A stretch of 44,632 bases of DNA from Pelomyxa schiedti (Eukaryota > Protista > Evosea): assembly GCA_020536535.1 (NCBI GenBank), contig JAHLWZ010000928.1, positions 1 to 44,632 on the forward strand. The letters run 5' to 3'. The position numbers were made by a program, and so were the translations under genes. The notes under the pieces are model-generated. The model did not search any database. It was not told the DNA's origin and saw only the letters and a list, made by a program, of their open reading frames with translations. Each line of letters opens with the position of its first letter. Within the stretch, counting starts at the first letter, position 1. This document shows positions 32,386-44,632 of this stretch, in pieces.

Positions 32386-33765
32386 ATGATCTTCATTAGA
32401 ATTTTAATATCTTTTCAGAACGTTGGGAGCTCCAACAACAATTGCGCTCGGCAACAGGCAAGCAGCTGCTCGAGCACCACGGCACCACGCCGTGCGAGTC
32501 GTAACGGTGACTGGCACCGCGAGCAAGCCCCCACCACGAGGGACCAAGTTGGGGCAATGGCCGCGGGGTGCCACCCGAGGTGCGGCGCGCGGTGCGCCCT
32601 GCTGGCAATGGATTGTGGGACTACGGCTGGTGGCGATTGCCGCTGTTGGGCGCCGGTGGCGAGGCTGGTGTGGCGTTGGATCTGGGACAACTCGAGGTTC
32701 CACTGTGTATCGTGGGAGGTGAAGTGGATGCTGGGGCGCGAGTGCCAGAAAGTGATGATCACGTTCGGTGTCTCGCCGCTGCTGACGCTGACGCACGAAA
32801 TGAGGTGGTGGGCGGGGGGAAAGAGGGAGGCGCTTCTTGGCGCGAACCAGGACTACTTGGTGCGGGAGAGAAGGCCACGCGGTCCCAAACCGACTGCCTT
32901 AATCCTCGAGGACAGGGCCACTGGTCATAAGGTCCGGTTGGGCAGGTTCAAGGATGGAGTGACGAACGGGAAATGGTTGGTGGCGTGTGAAGAGACCAGT
33001 ACGAATATGGTTGTTTTTAAGCTTCCGAGGAAGAACCAAATGGCCGCGACATCTTCAACAACAATCAAGAATCCGACCGTTGTGCCGGTGGACACTGTGG
33101 GGTATAAAACTGATTTTTGGATTCCTGAATTTCGGAGTATCCATGAAGATTACGTTGTGCTTTGCTGCTATGAGAAATCACGCTGCCATGAGAATCCCAC
33201 TACTTATGGATTTCTTTTGGTCAATCTTGCTTCAACATGTGCATCAAAGAAGCTGGTGGTGTTGAGTTCAAATGTTTTCAGACTGAAGGATTGGCCTCCC
33301 AACCTTGATGACTTCCAACCATTAGGTGCCTCCTATTTTTCTGTGCACAAAGAAACCATCTCACATGCTTTAGTCAGCTTGCAAGCACCTACCTTTTACG
33401 CCATTGATTTCATCACTGTGGAACAGGGTTCTGGCAACAAATTCCAACCAACATTCCAAGGGTGCACAGCTCCACACCGTGTGTCACAGCTGAACTGGTC
33501 ACAGTTCTGTGCCTTCAGGGATAACACCGATTCATACGAAGTGTGGGATGTCAGGGATGCAATGAAGCCAGTGAGGACACAGAAATTACTGAGTGGTTTC
33601 ATCCATCACGCTTTTGTTGGAGGAGGTTTGCTGTTCCAAATGAGTGAATCCCTCGATGAGATGCACGTGACTGAGGAGTCCTCTGGTGATCACGTCGTCA
33701 CCTTCGGCCTTTTTGCACCAATAGGGTTCTTCTGGTTCCACTTTTCCTTCCCTCTCAGCTCCTGA
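32386..33765 (+). CDS. Intronless protein of the HPRCG-motif family (up to 459 aa), tandem paralogue
   Basis: Uninterrupted ORF with QVGAMAAGCHPRCG, VARLVWRWIW, VMITFGVSPLL, NGKW, LVNLASTCAS, VSQLNWSQFCAF, EVWDVRDAMKP and GGGLLFQM. True start may lie downstream. Confidence 0.85.
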   Translation: MIFIRILISFQNVGSSNNNCARQQASSCSSTTAPRRASRNGDWHREQAPTTRDQVGAMAAGCHPRCGARCALLAMDCGTTAGGDCRCWAPVARLVWRWIWDNSRFHCVSWEVKWMLGRECQKVMITFGVSPLLTLTHEMRWWAGGKREALLGANQDYLVRERRPRGPKPTALILEDRATGHKVRLGRFKDGVTNGKWLVACEETSTNMVVFKLPRKNQMAATSSTTIKNPTVVPVDTVGYKTDFWIPEFRSIHEDYVVLCCYEKSRCHENPTTYGFLLVNLASTCASKKLVVLSSNVFRLKDWPPNLDDFQPLGASYFSVHKETISHALVSLQAPTFYAIDFITVEQGSGNKFQPTFQGCTAPHRVSQLNWSQFCAFRDNTDSYEVWDVRDAMKPVRTQKLLSGFIHHAFVGGGLLFQMSESLDEMHVTEESSGDHVVTFGLFAPIGFFWFHFSFPLSS

Positions 33766-33872
33766 ATACACGCAAAAAAGCAAGCGAAGCGACCTCCCCT
33801 TTGGGCTCAAAAAAAAAAACCAAGAACATCCGTGGAATCAATCCACTTTTTGCCCAAAAACCAACCAAGTCG

Positions 33873-36424
33873 ATGTCTTCCGCCGCAGCCGAGTCGTCGT
33901 GCCCAACATCCGCCGCCACGGCGCCGCAGGGCTCCCGCACGCTGACGACGTTCTCCGTAGAGACGGCGGACAGCATGCTGGCGGAGGGCCGCCCGGTGCT
34001 CAGGCTGCTCCCCCACGCGGACAACATCAAGGCGATGCGCGACGCGTCCCCGCGCGAGGGCGTCTCGCGCACCGTGGCCCTCTACGGCTCCACGCACTGC
34101 GGCAAGAGCTCGATCGTGAGCTCCCTGCTCGGCTACCCCCCTTACAAGGTGCATCTCCAGTCCTCGTCTTTGGCTGCAGTTGCATCTGCTTCAGCTTCAG
34201 CTTCAGCTGATTCGGGTTTGGGGACTCCGGGAAGTGGCGGGGGTAGTAGTAGTGGGGGCGGCGGCGGAGGGGAAATTATGGTTCCTGTGTTGCCGACTGT
34301 GGCGTCTGAGGACGAGGAGGATTTTGCGCCGACTTCGGCGAACTCGAGGTACTATGATGATGTGGCTGAGGGAATAAGGTATTTGGACGTGGAGGGTTCT
34401 TCTGGGGCTCAGAGGCTGCCAAAGGACGAGACCTTGCTTTCACTTGATGTAAGGTTCATCACACTCCAGCGCTTTCGGCCCAGTTTTTCTAACTTTGGAT
34501 TCTGTAATTTTTGGATGCGGGATTGCGCTAGAATCTTCCACCGGATTATTTTGAAGTGAGGAGGGCTTCTGTGAAGGAGCACATGCCACGCCTGGCTTAT
34601 TCTTGCTGTGATGTTCTGATTTTCATCAGCCAAGATGATTTTTCTAACCACGATGCTTACGTGAAAGAGGTAACCCTCAGACATATGTTTTGATTCCGTT
34701 AACGAAAAATAAATGGTACTCTGTTGCATTCAGGTCTTGGACGCAGCTTTGGTAGCAGCTTCCAAGGATGTGCATGAAGTAATCAAGCCATCTTGCATCC
34801 TGATCCAAAATAAAGCGCCTCGAAGAAAGTGCAATGCATCCATTGAAGCACTGACTGAAACATTTTTCCGTGATTTGGATCCGGAAAGATCTTTACTTCA
34901 AGTGAGAGTCTTTGTGTGAATGGTAATGCCTAACATCATATCTCATTACTAGGTTTATCGTGAAGTTAAATGCATGAGATTACCTGACTGGGATAATTCA
35001 GAATTCTTTGAAGAGAAGATTCTTACATTGAAAGTATGGTTGTCAATTACCTCCTGTTCCAAGGTCAATTCTATTTAGGGCCTTCTGAAATCCATGCTTG
35101 ATGAGCAAATTCGTGTTAGAAAAGAAACTGGGCTACAATACAGCTTTTACACATGGTCAATCCTGTTTTCCATCATCTTGGACAGATTCTTGTCTGCTAA
35201 GGGATTGTGGATTTCTTCTCTGCTGCAAGAGGTGTTGAATTTCTCTTCCCCCGAGCCTGTTAGAGACGCGTATCTCTTTATGTGTCAATAAACACCTACT
35301 GACCCAAATTTTTCTAGCATTTCCTTTTATAACAGAGTCCACTTGCGAGACTTCCATCAAAAAATGCTGGCGTCTTTGAGGATGATGGCGTGCTGGTGCG
35401 CCTGGGAAACTACCCGTAAGGCGATTAATGATGATTTCAGGCAAAATCTTTGGAACCCTCGGGTTTGGTTTTTACCCTTTAGTGCACTATTTCTTACTTC
35501 AACAGCAAGTTGAACTCCGCAGGAACACATTATCGAAAATGTGTGTTTTGTTTCTTGCTGAAATGGATTGGAATCGACCTTGTGGGGCAACATGCATTCA
35601 CGAAGGCAGTGAAATACAATGGTTTGTTGTGCTTAAATTCTTTCAGTGCAATTTACTTTTATATTGTAGTCTCCAGTCAAGGCGGACTCACTCTCAGGGT
35701 CACTCGAATGACACAGTTGTGGCACATCAAAGTAATGTCTCTTTATGTACAACCCCCACTCACCTCTGGCAGGCAACCGTGTAAAGCGCTTCTTGCAACG
35801 AGTTTTTAGCGAACCTAAGCCTGTTAAATGGCCTGGCGCATATGTACCCGTAGAGATGGATTCTGAAACTCTTACCCGAGAATTCTTCTTGGTTTATGAC
35901 AAACTTGACAAAGTGAGAAACACCTCCCTCATCAAATATATTTACTCACAACTCTCACAACTCCTCAGGCCGTGATTCCTGAGGAAAAGATACTTCTGGC
36001 AGCAGTTGAAGTGATACAAGGAAGCTGTCATCTCGAAGGGGAATTCATTGGCTTCACCTTCCCCACCTACGCTTGTTGCATTTGCATGAAGAATGACGCA
36101 GTTGTTAGCATACCTTGCCTTCACACGTTCTGCAGTAACTGCATTGCCATGTTCAGACACAAGTGAGCTTCTCACCTCCATTATTTATAAGAAGATACTT
36201 GTACAATTCTTTTAATGTTAAGGTATATAACGCCTACAAATAAATGGCTAGTGTCAATTAATTACCAGTGATACTACAAACACCTACCTAACTTTATCCA
36301 TAGTGAAGAGCCCCTGACTGGGAGCTGCCCAACAGTTCTTGGTATTTACAGAGAGAACATCAGACCCTCGTTTTGTCCCGTGTGCCTTGCACCGGGTTCT
36401 AACCTCCCTATCAGCACATGCTGA
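33873..36424 (+). CDS. GBP/atlastin-like P-loop GTPase with C-terminal RING finger; multi-exon
   Basis: VALYGSTHCGKSSI (G1), PTSAN (G2), YLDVEG (G3), LAYSCCDVLIFI, KPSCILIQNK. RING: CCICMKNDAVVSIPCLHTFCSNC; a predicted intron from 36163 leads to an exon supplying CPVC, stop at 36422-36424. Confidence 0.7.
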
Positions 36425-36654
36425 AATCACAGAGGGAAAAATTAAAAAAATGCAACACCTCTCGTCACAAGGAAAACGATAACCATTTTTGTATAACAAA
36501 AGAAATTATTTCTGCGTAGAAACGCCCTTCAGGGTTGTAACAAGAAATAGCGTGCAGAAAAGTGTTTTGTTTGTCAATGCACCCTGGTGAGGGGGCGCAA
36601 AGTAGGTGACATTTGAATGCAGGTTTGTTAAAAAGACAAGGGACAACAACTGTT

Positions 36655-37200
36655 TCAGCGCCTGCCCTTCTTGATTTCCTGAATTTTGACGCCTAGGATG
36701 GTGAAATTAGGGTTTGCGGTTTTGTGTTGTTTGGTTTGTTATTGATGGAGAAAATGGAATGAATGGATACTAGCAAATTTATAAAAACAAATGTGAGGGG
36801 AATTTTACTTGGGGGGAGTGCTTGTCTGACCTTGGCTACTTTATCGGGCTCGAAAACGCGGAGGGTGTAGAGATAACGGCGGCAGCGAACCTTGAACTTG
36901 ACGAATCCGGTTTTCTTGGATTTCTTTATTTTCACGACTGGTGTTGTAGATGTGTGTCAGTAAATTGGTACCAAGTGTTAGCGTATTACGCGGCTAAGCC
37001 TCCACAGATATAAAAAAAAGGTACAAACCTTTCGCATCTTTGCGTCTCGTGATGAGCAGAAACTCTTTGATCTGCTTAACTTCCTTGGGCTACAAAACAA
37101 AGAAAAAAACACGTGAGAAAGACGATCGTAAACTACGGGCAACGAGAGTGCGTAACGAGGGGAAAAAAAAACGAAGCACGGGGCGACAAGGTGGTACCAT
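36655..37200 (-). CDS. RPL38: 60S ribosomal protein L38 (eL38), 4 exons
   Basis: ATG-only first exon (37198-37200), then [20 protein letters not shown] / [42 protein letters not shown] / [12 protein letters not shown]. Confidence 0.95.
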
Positions 37201-37531
37201 TTGTGTGTGAAAACCGAGATCTCAACAACAGGGGCGACAAAGACAAGACACCTTGCACAGGAGCGAAATTGTTTTTTGATTATCCGCGACTCTGAAAAAA
37301 ACAAACAACACTGATGCGTAAGGCTTTGCAACTGCATTTTTCTAATTGCAATCTAATCCCTTCACCTTCTCCGAAAGGTGATCGTCTTGTCTTGAAATTC
37401 AACAGCTTCCTGACGCCTCAACGACCACGTAATAGAACCAGCATACCCATATCTTGCTAGTGACGTTTTTCTGAGTCTGCAAGTACATGTTCCAAGGGGA
37501 GACTTTAACAAGTTTCGTTAAATTCCGACGA

Positions 37532-39552
37532 ATGTCCTCTGGCTGTACAAACGTGACAGCGACATCGAGCACGGCGGGAGACCCGCCCGTCGACCCCAGT
37601 GCCGACCTCGGTGCTGAAGAGCAACAACGGTTGCTCGCCCTGGCGCATGCGTTTGTGGGCGTCGCCGAGGGGTCGTGCTTCAGCCCCACCCCCAAAATGC
37701 TCGAGTGTCGGCGCGCCCTCGTCGTGGCCCTGGATGNNNNNNNNNNNNNNNNNNNNNNNNNNNNNNNNNNNNNNNNNNNNNNNNNNNNNNNNNNNNNNNN
37801 NNNNNNNNNNNNNNNNNNNNNNNNNNNNNNNNNNNNGAAGAGCAACAACGGTTGCTCGCCCTGGCGCATGCGTTTGTGGGCGTCGCCGAGGGGTCGTGCT
37901 TCAGCCCCACCCCCAAAATGCTCGAGTGTCGGCGCGCCCTCGTCGTGGCCCTGGATGCGGTCGGCAACGCCTACATCAGGAAGCACCAAAGCGCCTCACC
38001 TGCTTCTGCTTCTGGTTCTGGTTCTGCTTCGGCGTCGCCAGTGGTGTATGTCGAGGGATTGGGAGTAATTATGGGAGGGGTTGGGATGTTGCATTGGTGG
38101 TTTGGGCCTGCGGGTTTTTTTTTTTTTTTTGAACTCTGAAGTTTTCTAACTCGTGGGTTTTTTTTTTTAAAGCAACCGAGGGGATTTTGGCAAGAAAACT
38201 GTTGTAATAAGTGATTTGCATTTGAAGCCAAATTCGTATTGTGATAGGCATCCTGCTGATACTGACAGTGTGTACAAGTCTCACACAAAATTAAACATCT
38301 GGAACCTTGACAGTTTTAAATAATTAGGGTAAGGGCAACTACTGTTGCACTTCCTTTCTCCCTCTAGAGAATTATGGCATGATGTTGATACACTCGTTCT
38401 TCTTGGAGACATCATTGATTCTTGGTGCTCAGAGGAGAAAATCGACCTGCCAACACAGGCCAAGGAAGTATTTTCCAGATGGGTTTCCGAACAAGGTGCT
38501 TCCCTTTCAATTTACCTTTTTTGTTTAAAAAAAAAAAAGCTCAGTTTTTCAAGTTCCTAAGTGGGCTTCATAATATGGGTATTAGAATAGTTTATGTCCG
38601 TGGAAACCATGACTGTGAAGTCACAGAAACCATCCTACGTGATCTTTTTCCATTCATGGACTTTCGAAGTACAATCTCCTTTAAACTGATTCCTCCCTTT
38701 AATTCCCTTTTTTCATTAGCCGAATTTCAATATCAGTCTATAAAATTTGTGCATGGTAATGACATGGACGCATTCAACTGCATGTACCCAAATTCCATGA
38801 AGCTACCCATAGGTAATCATTCAACGAAGCCGCATGCATGATTCTGACTTCCTTAGGTTATTACCTCACCAGAGCAAAGGCATCCTTGGAGTGTGAGGAA
38901 TATTCTCCTGCGTGCTGCCTCTCTCCATATACTATTATCGGTCTTTTCATCTTGTAAGCATCATGGGTTTTTAACACCTACTTATCCATCTTTCTGTAGG
39001 TTACATTGCAAACCTATTTCCGATATAGTTTGGAGAACTACAGTTTTACTCCTGCTCCTGCAAATATGGTGGGCCGGCTGGAAAGGCACAGTGGATGGCT
39101 TATCAATACCCCAGGTATTACGTACTGTATCACTCTTTTCGTGGCTTAGTTCATCCACAGATTATGGAAGAATACAAAGACCTTCCTTGCTCTATGGAAG
39201 ACTTTCCGCAACGGTTTATTGCTGCCGCTATCAATGATTTGTCAATTATTTGTCTTGCCAGTGATGGAGTGAGCAGGTTAGCCTAATTTTACCACAGCTA
39301 AACCTTCCCATTTAGACCACCATTTGTGGCCACACACATGAAGCAACCACGAAAGAAGTAGGCTCTAGAAGGTACTTTAACACCGGTTACTGGTCCAAGG
39401 ACCAAGGTACATTTGTTACCATCACACCCACTCCAGTTGGCATGGATGTTGAGCTTTTCCGTTTTGAATCCCAAGAAAGAACCACCCAAACCCACCACAG
39501 CCACATTCCAACCAGCAATGGGAGAACCCAAGAATCGCTAGATAACCCCTAG
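37532..39552 (+). CDS. Calcineurin-like metallophosphoesterase, LpxH/YbbF-like; multi-exon, crosses an assembly gap
   Basis: All five motifs in order: VVISDLHL, LVLLGDIIDSW, YVRGNHD, KFVHGNDMD, ICGHTH...YFNTGYW. Confidence 0.8.
37616..37957. other. Assembly gap (100 N, 37737-37836) flanked by an identical 121-nt duplication
   Basis: 37616-37736 is identical to 37837-37957; typical of overlapping contig ends. Confidence 0.9.
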
Positions 39553-39714
39553 AATTCTCCCTATTTAAACACAAAAAGCCAACACCCCAAACACAGCCAC
39601 ACGCCGTGGGTGCACTACAAAAACAACAACATCAAGGGTTGATTGTTGTTGATCCTGTGCTAATGCGGAAGCCGGCAAAATTTCTGAGCTGTCAAAAAGT
39701 TTTCCTAAAATTAA

Positions 39715-41579
<1,865 letters not shown>

Positions 41580-41700
41580 ACCGACCAAAACACTCACGGC
41601 ACCCTCCCAACAAAACAACACCCCTTTTTCCTGTCGTATCTTTTTAGGGAGAATCACCAAAAGTGAAAAAAGAATTAGAAAAAACAAGTAGGGAGGAGAA

Positions 41701-43552
41701 ATGATGATGGTAGCAGAGGACGACGAGTCAGCACCTGGCACCGCGCCGTACTCGGGCGTAGCGACCACCACCACCACGCTGACGGCCACTTCTCCCCTCG
41801 TTTATCGCGCGGCAAGTGATCCTTCCTCTTCTTCCTCGTCATCGTCGTCGTCATCGTTCCCACCACCATCCCCGTCGTCGTCGTCGTCTGCGGCAGCATC
41901 GTCGTCCTCGGCGGGGACTATGCTGCCAGCGCCGGCAGGGTTCGGGGCTGGGGGCGGCAGGCGGCGCGGGGGCGCGGCGGGGGCGGTGTCGCGGCTGTGC
42001 TGCTGCTGCGCGGCGGTGGGGAACGCGGGGAGGCTGTGCTCGCGGTCCGGGCAGGCCATCGGGTGGTTCGCGAGGCACGCGACGACGGACAAGAACACGA
42101 GGGCCATGAGCACGTTCGTGTGCCTGCTGTTCATGCTGGTCGTCGTGCAGCTGTTGTTTGGGATACAGACAAATAGTCTTGGTGTGCGTGCATGTGTATG
42201 TGTATGTGTATGTGGGCATGGGTATCCTATATTGTATTCTATTGGGTGAGGCCTTATTCCTCCCCTTTTTTTAGTTTTTTTTTTATTCTTTTTGTGTTTG
42301 AATTGTTTAAAGTTATTGTTGACTCTGAATTAGGAGTTCTTTCACAAGCTATGCATGGCATCATTGACATAATAAGTATTCTTATCACTATAATTGCTGT
42401 TCTTCTTGGCAAACATGTACCGACTTATCGTTTTTCCTATGGGTAGAGTTATTCTGACATTGTTGTGTACTGACATTAATTGTACAAGATTTCAACGATT
42501 TGAAGTGCTTTCTAGTTTTGGGAATTCTATTTTCCTACTCTTCTTACTCTTTTTCATTATCGTGGAGGCAATAGAACGAATTTGCTTTCCACTACAAATT
42601 CATGTGTACGTGCACCTTTTTTTAAATTTAGTGTTACAGCACCATTTTATATCTAAACTAACTTTCACTTCGCGAAATCATAATGTCAGTCACGAGCAAG
42701 TTATTTGGACTATGGTAGTCAGTTTATGTGTCGATGTTGTTGGAGCTTTCCTTTTTCACAAACAAGTTCGAAATCTGAATCTGTCAGTGAAAGGTTATGA
42801 CAAAGGTTCTTTTAATACCTTACTAAAGGTTTTTTTCAGGAATCAATACCAAGAGAGAACCACTGATTGGGTACCAGATGGCATCACATGAAGATACTTT
42901 CCTACTGGTGTTCTTCCACGCACTGGGGCATGCATTTAGAAATGCGGGGATAATCCTTTCCTATGTGATGGCTACCACATGGTTCCTCTTCCCACTTAAC
43001 ACTTGTGTGCCTATTTGTCTTGTCACCCCTCACAAAATTCATGAAGCTCTCCCCACATAGGGGCTGGCAGCTTGCGGATCCCTTAATGTCCCTGTTCATC
43101 AGCCTGATACTCGTTGTTACAACAATACCCGTTGTTATTAAACATGGCAAGTTACTGCTTCAGATAACACCCTCCACTATTTACCCAAAAATATATGACG
43201 CAACTCAAGCGGTATGCACTTCCTTAATAATACACATCTGACAATACCACAGGCAAGCATGGTAGAAGGAGTACTCGAAATTCGTAATGAACACTTTTGG
43301 ACTTTATCACCTGGAATATATGTTGGCAGCTTGTGTGTCAGAGTGAGGAGTGATGCCTCCGAGGAAAAGATAAGGCAGCAAATACGCGGGCTTTACCAAA
43401 ACTGGCTCACACACCTGACTATTGAAATCGACAAGGATGTATGGGAAAGTATAGGCGGGGGAGCAGTAGGAGAACAACGGCACCACCGGGTCTTTAGACA
43501 AGGTGGACCAATTGTTGGTGTCACTAGTAGTATTGGCCCAGGGCACTTGTAA
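41701..43552 (+). CDS. Cation diffusion facilitator (SLC30/ZnT, ZnT6/Zrg17/MTP5-like); multi-exon
   Basis: TNSLG/VLSQAMHGIID, FSYG/FQRFEVLSSFGNSIFL, GWQLADPLMSLFIS...LLLQITP, and C-terminal domain VEGVLEIRNEHFWTLSPGIYVGSLCVRV...THLTIEI. Confidence 0.88.
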
Positions 43553-43858
43553 CAACCCACCAATTTTGCATTTCCACAACCAAAAGCAATCAATACAAAG
43601 TGCATTCATACAATAAATATGTTCATAACAAGAACAAACTTTTTCTATGCCTTGGTTTTTTCCCTTGTTCCTCCTGAACAATTTCATTTCCAGCAGTGCA
43701 CCACGTTTTGAGCCAAAGATGATGTCCCACCATCACCATCAAATGAACACGAAAGCGAAAAGGCGAAAACAAGTAAAGATCTTAACCCTGTGATCGAAAA
43801 ATTTCCAACCACAAGAAGAGACGAAAACCCGCGTGGCAAAGACAGAGAAACAGACGGA

Positions 43859-44632
43859 ATGGACAGCGGGGGTATACAGAGGACCCCGAAGACACGGGGG
43901 CTCACTGGGAAACAGGTCACGATTGCAACTGCGGTGTGCTCGTCAGTGTTTGGGTGTCTGTTGGCTGCTGTGGCAGTTTGGGGGTGGCTGGAGTTTTCAA
44001 GGGGAATTGACATGACTCTGGGAGCTGTGTGTTACACTTTGGAGAGGGGTATGCAGGGGTGAAAACAACCACTTGGGAATAAGAATTGCTGGGGCAGAAG
44101 CGGAGTACTAGAATTTTGAGCAAGATATTCAGGACTGAAGCTCTGTTGGAATTACCTAACAACACACTTAGAGGTTGGAAGATTAGATAAGGTCGATGGG
44201 ACTTCATATCAAGCTAGATGGAGAGTGGATATCAACCTTGATGGAGCCTTGTGGGTATAATTTTATCCCTCAAACTTATGTAAGCTTAATTGTGGCTCCA
44301 GATGGGAATCAAAGACCGCACTGTACAGTACAAATAGTGGTGTAGCAACAGATAACAACACTGAAGCTCAACTTCAACTTGAGCAGTACAATCTTCTCAC
44401 AAACTACAACTGCTGCTTCAATCCAAAAAAAGGTTGCATTCACTTCACTCATACCATACGCAATTTGAAATCCAAACTTCCAACAAACTTCTTCCTGCAC
44501 AGTTGTAGATTACCCACCAAGCCGGAGTGACTGGGACATGGAGCAGTACAGCTACTTCCAGTGCTCCAAAAAACTCGATCCGCGGTCCACTGATTTCCTC
44601 ATTGGTCTCATCAGCACTGTGATATGCCTCAC
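43859..44632 (+). CDS. Predicted two-TM membrane protein with a Cys-containing loop (partial, runs off the window)
   Basis: TM1 VTIATAVCSSVFGCLLAAVAVWGWL; loop exons ...YQARWRVDINL..., ...AQLQLEQYNLLTNYNCCFNPK; then FQCSKKLDPRSTDFLIGLISTVICL entering TM2. Confidence 0.5.

Noticed and set aside
36284-36499. Separate minus-strand ORF or small RNA
   Set aside because: Better explained as the last plus-strand exon of the GTPase-RING gene.
37616-37957. 121-nt direct repeat around Ns
   Set aside because: Identical copies on both sides of a 100-N spacer indicate overlapping contig ends, not a biological repeat.

Overview
Gene-dense eukaryotic nuclear DNA with many very short GT-AG introns (about 29-80 nt), standard genetic code and about 18 protein genes. 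The lineage-specific families and gene style suggest an anaerobic amoebozoan, probably Pelomyxa (inference, no database search run). Recognisable genes: a six-domain gelsolin/villin-like protein with acidic inserts, an N-terminally truncated Vps35 paralogue, an NRPS-like adenylation-carrier-reductase (A-T-R) enzyme, a CudA-like factor, a ZGRF1-like helicase, a UBE3B/C-like HECT ligase, three intronless paralogues of an unknown family, a GBP/atlastin-like GTPase with a C-terminal RING, RPL38, an LpxH-like metallophosphoesterase, beta-tubulin and a CDF transporter. The standout is 13829->12700 (-). Its intronless exon resembles the C-terminal domains of the Methanomicrobiales (Methanoregula/Methanoculleus-type) S-layer glycoprotein. 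It carries a host-type signal peptide and is spliced onto a transmembrane anchor. This is a candidate methanogen-to-amoeba gene transfer, repurposed as a host membrane protein in a lineage known to carry Methanoregula-related endosymbionts. Family calls come from motif recognition and exon boundaries from manual GT-AG reading; both need confirmation.
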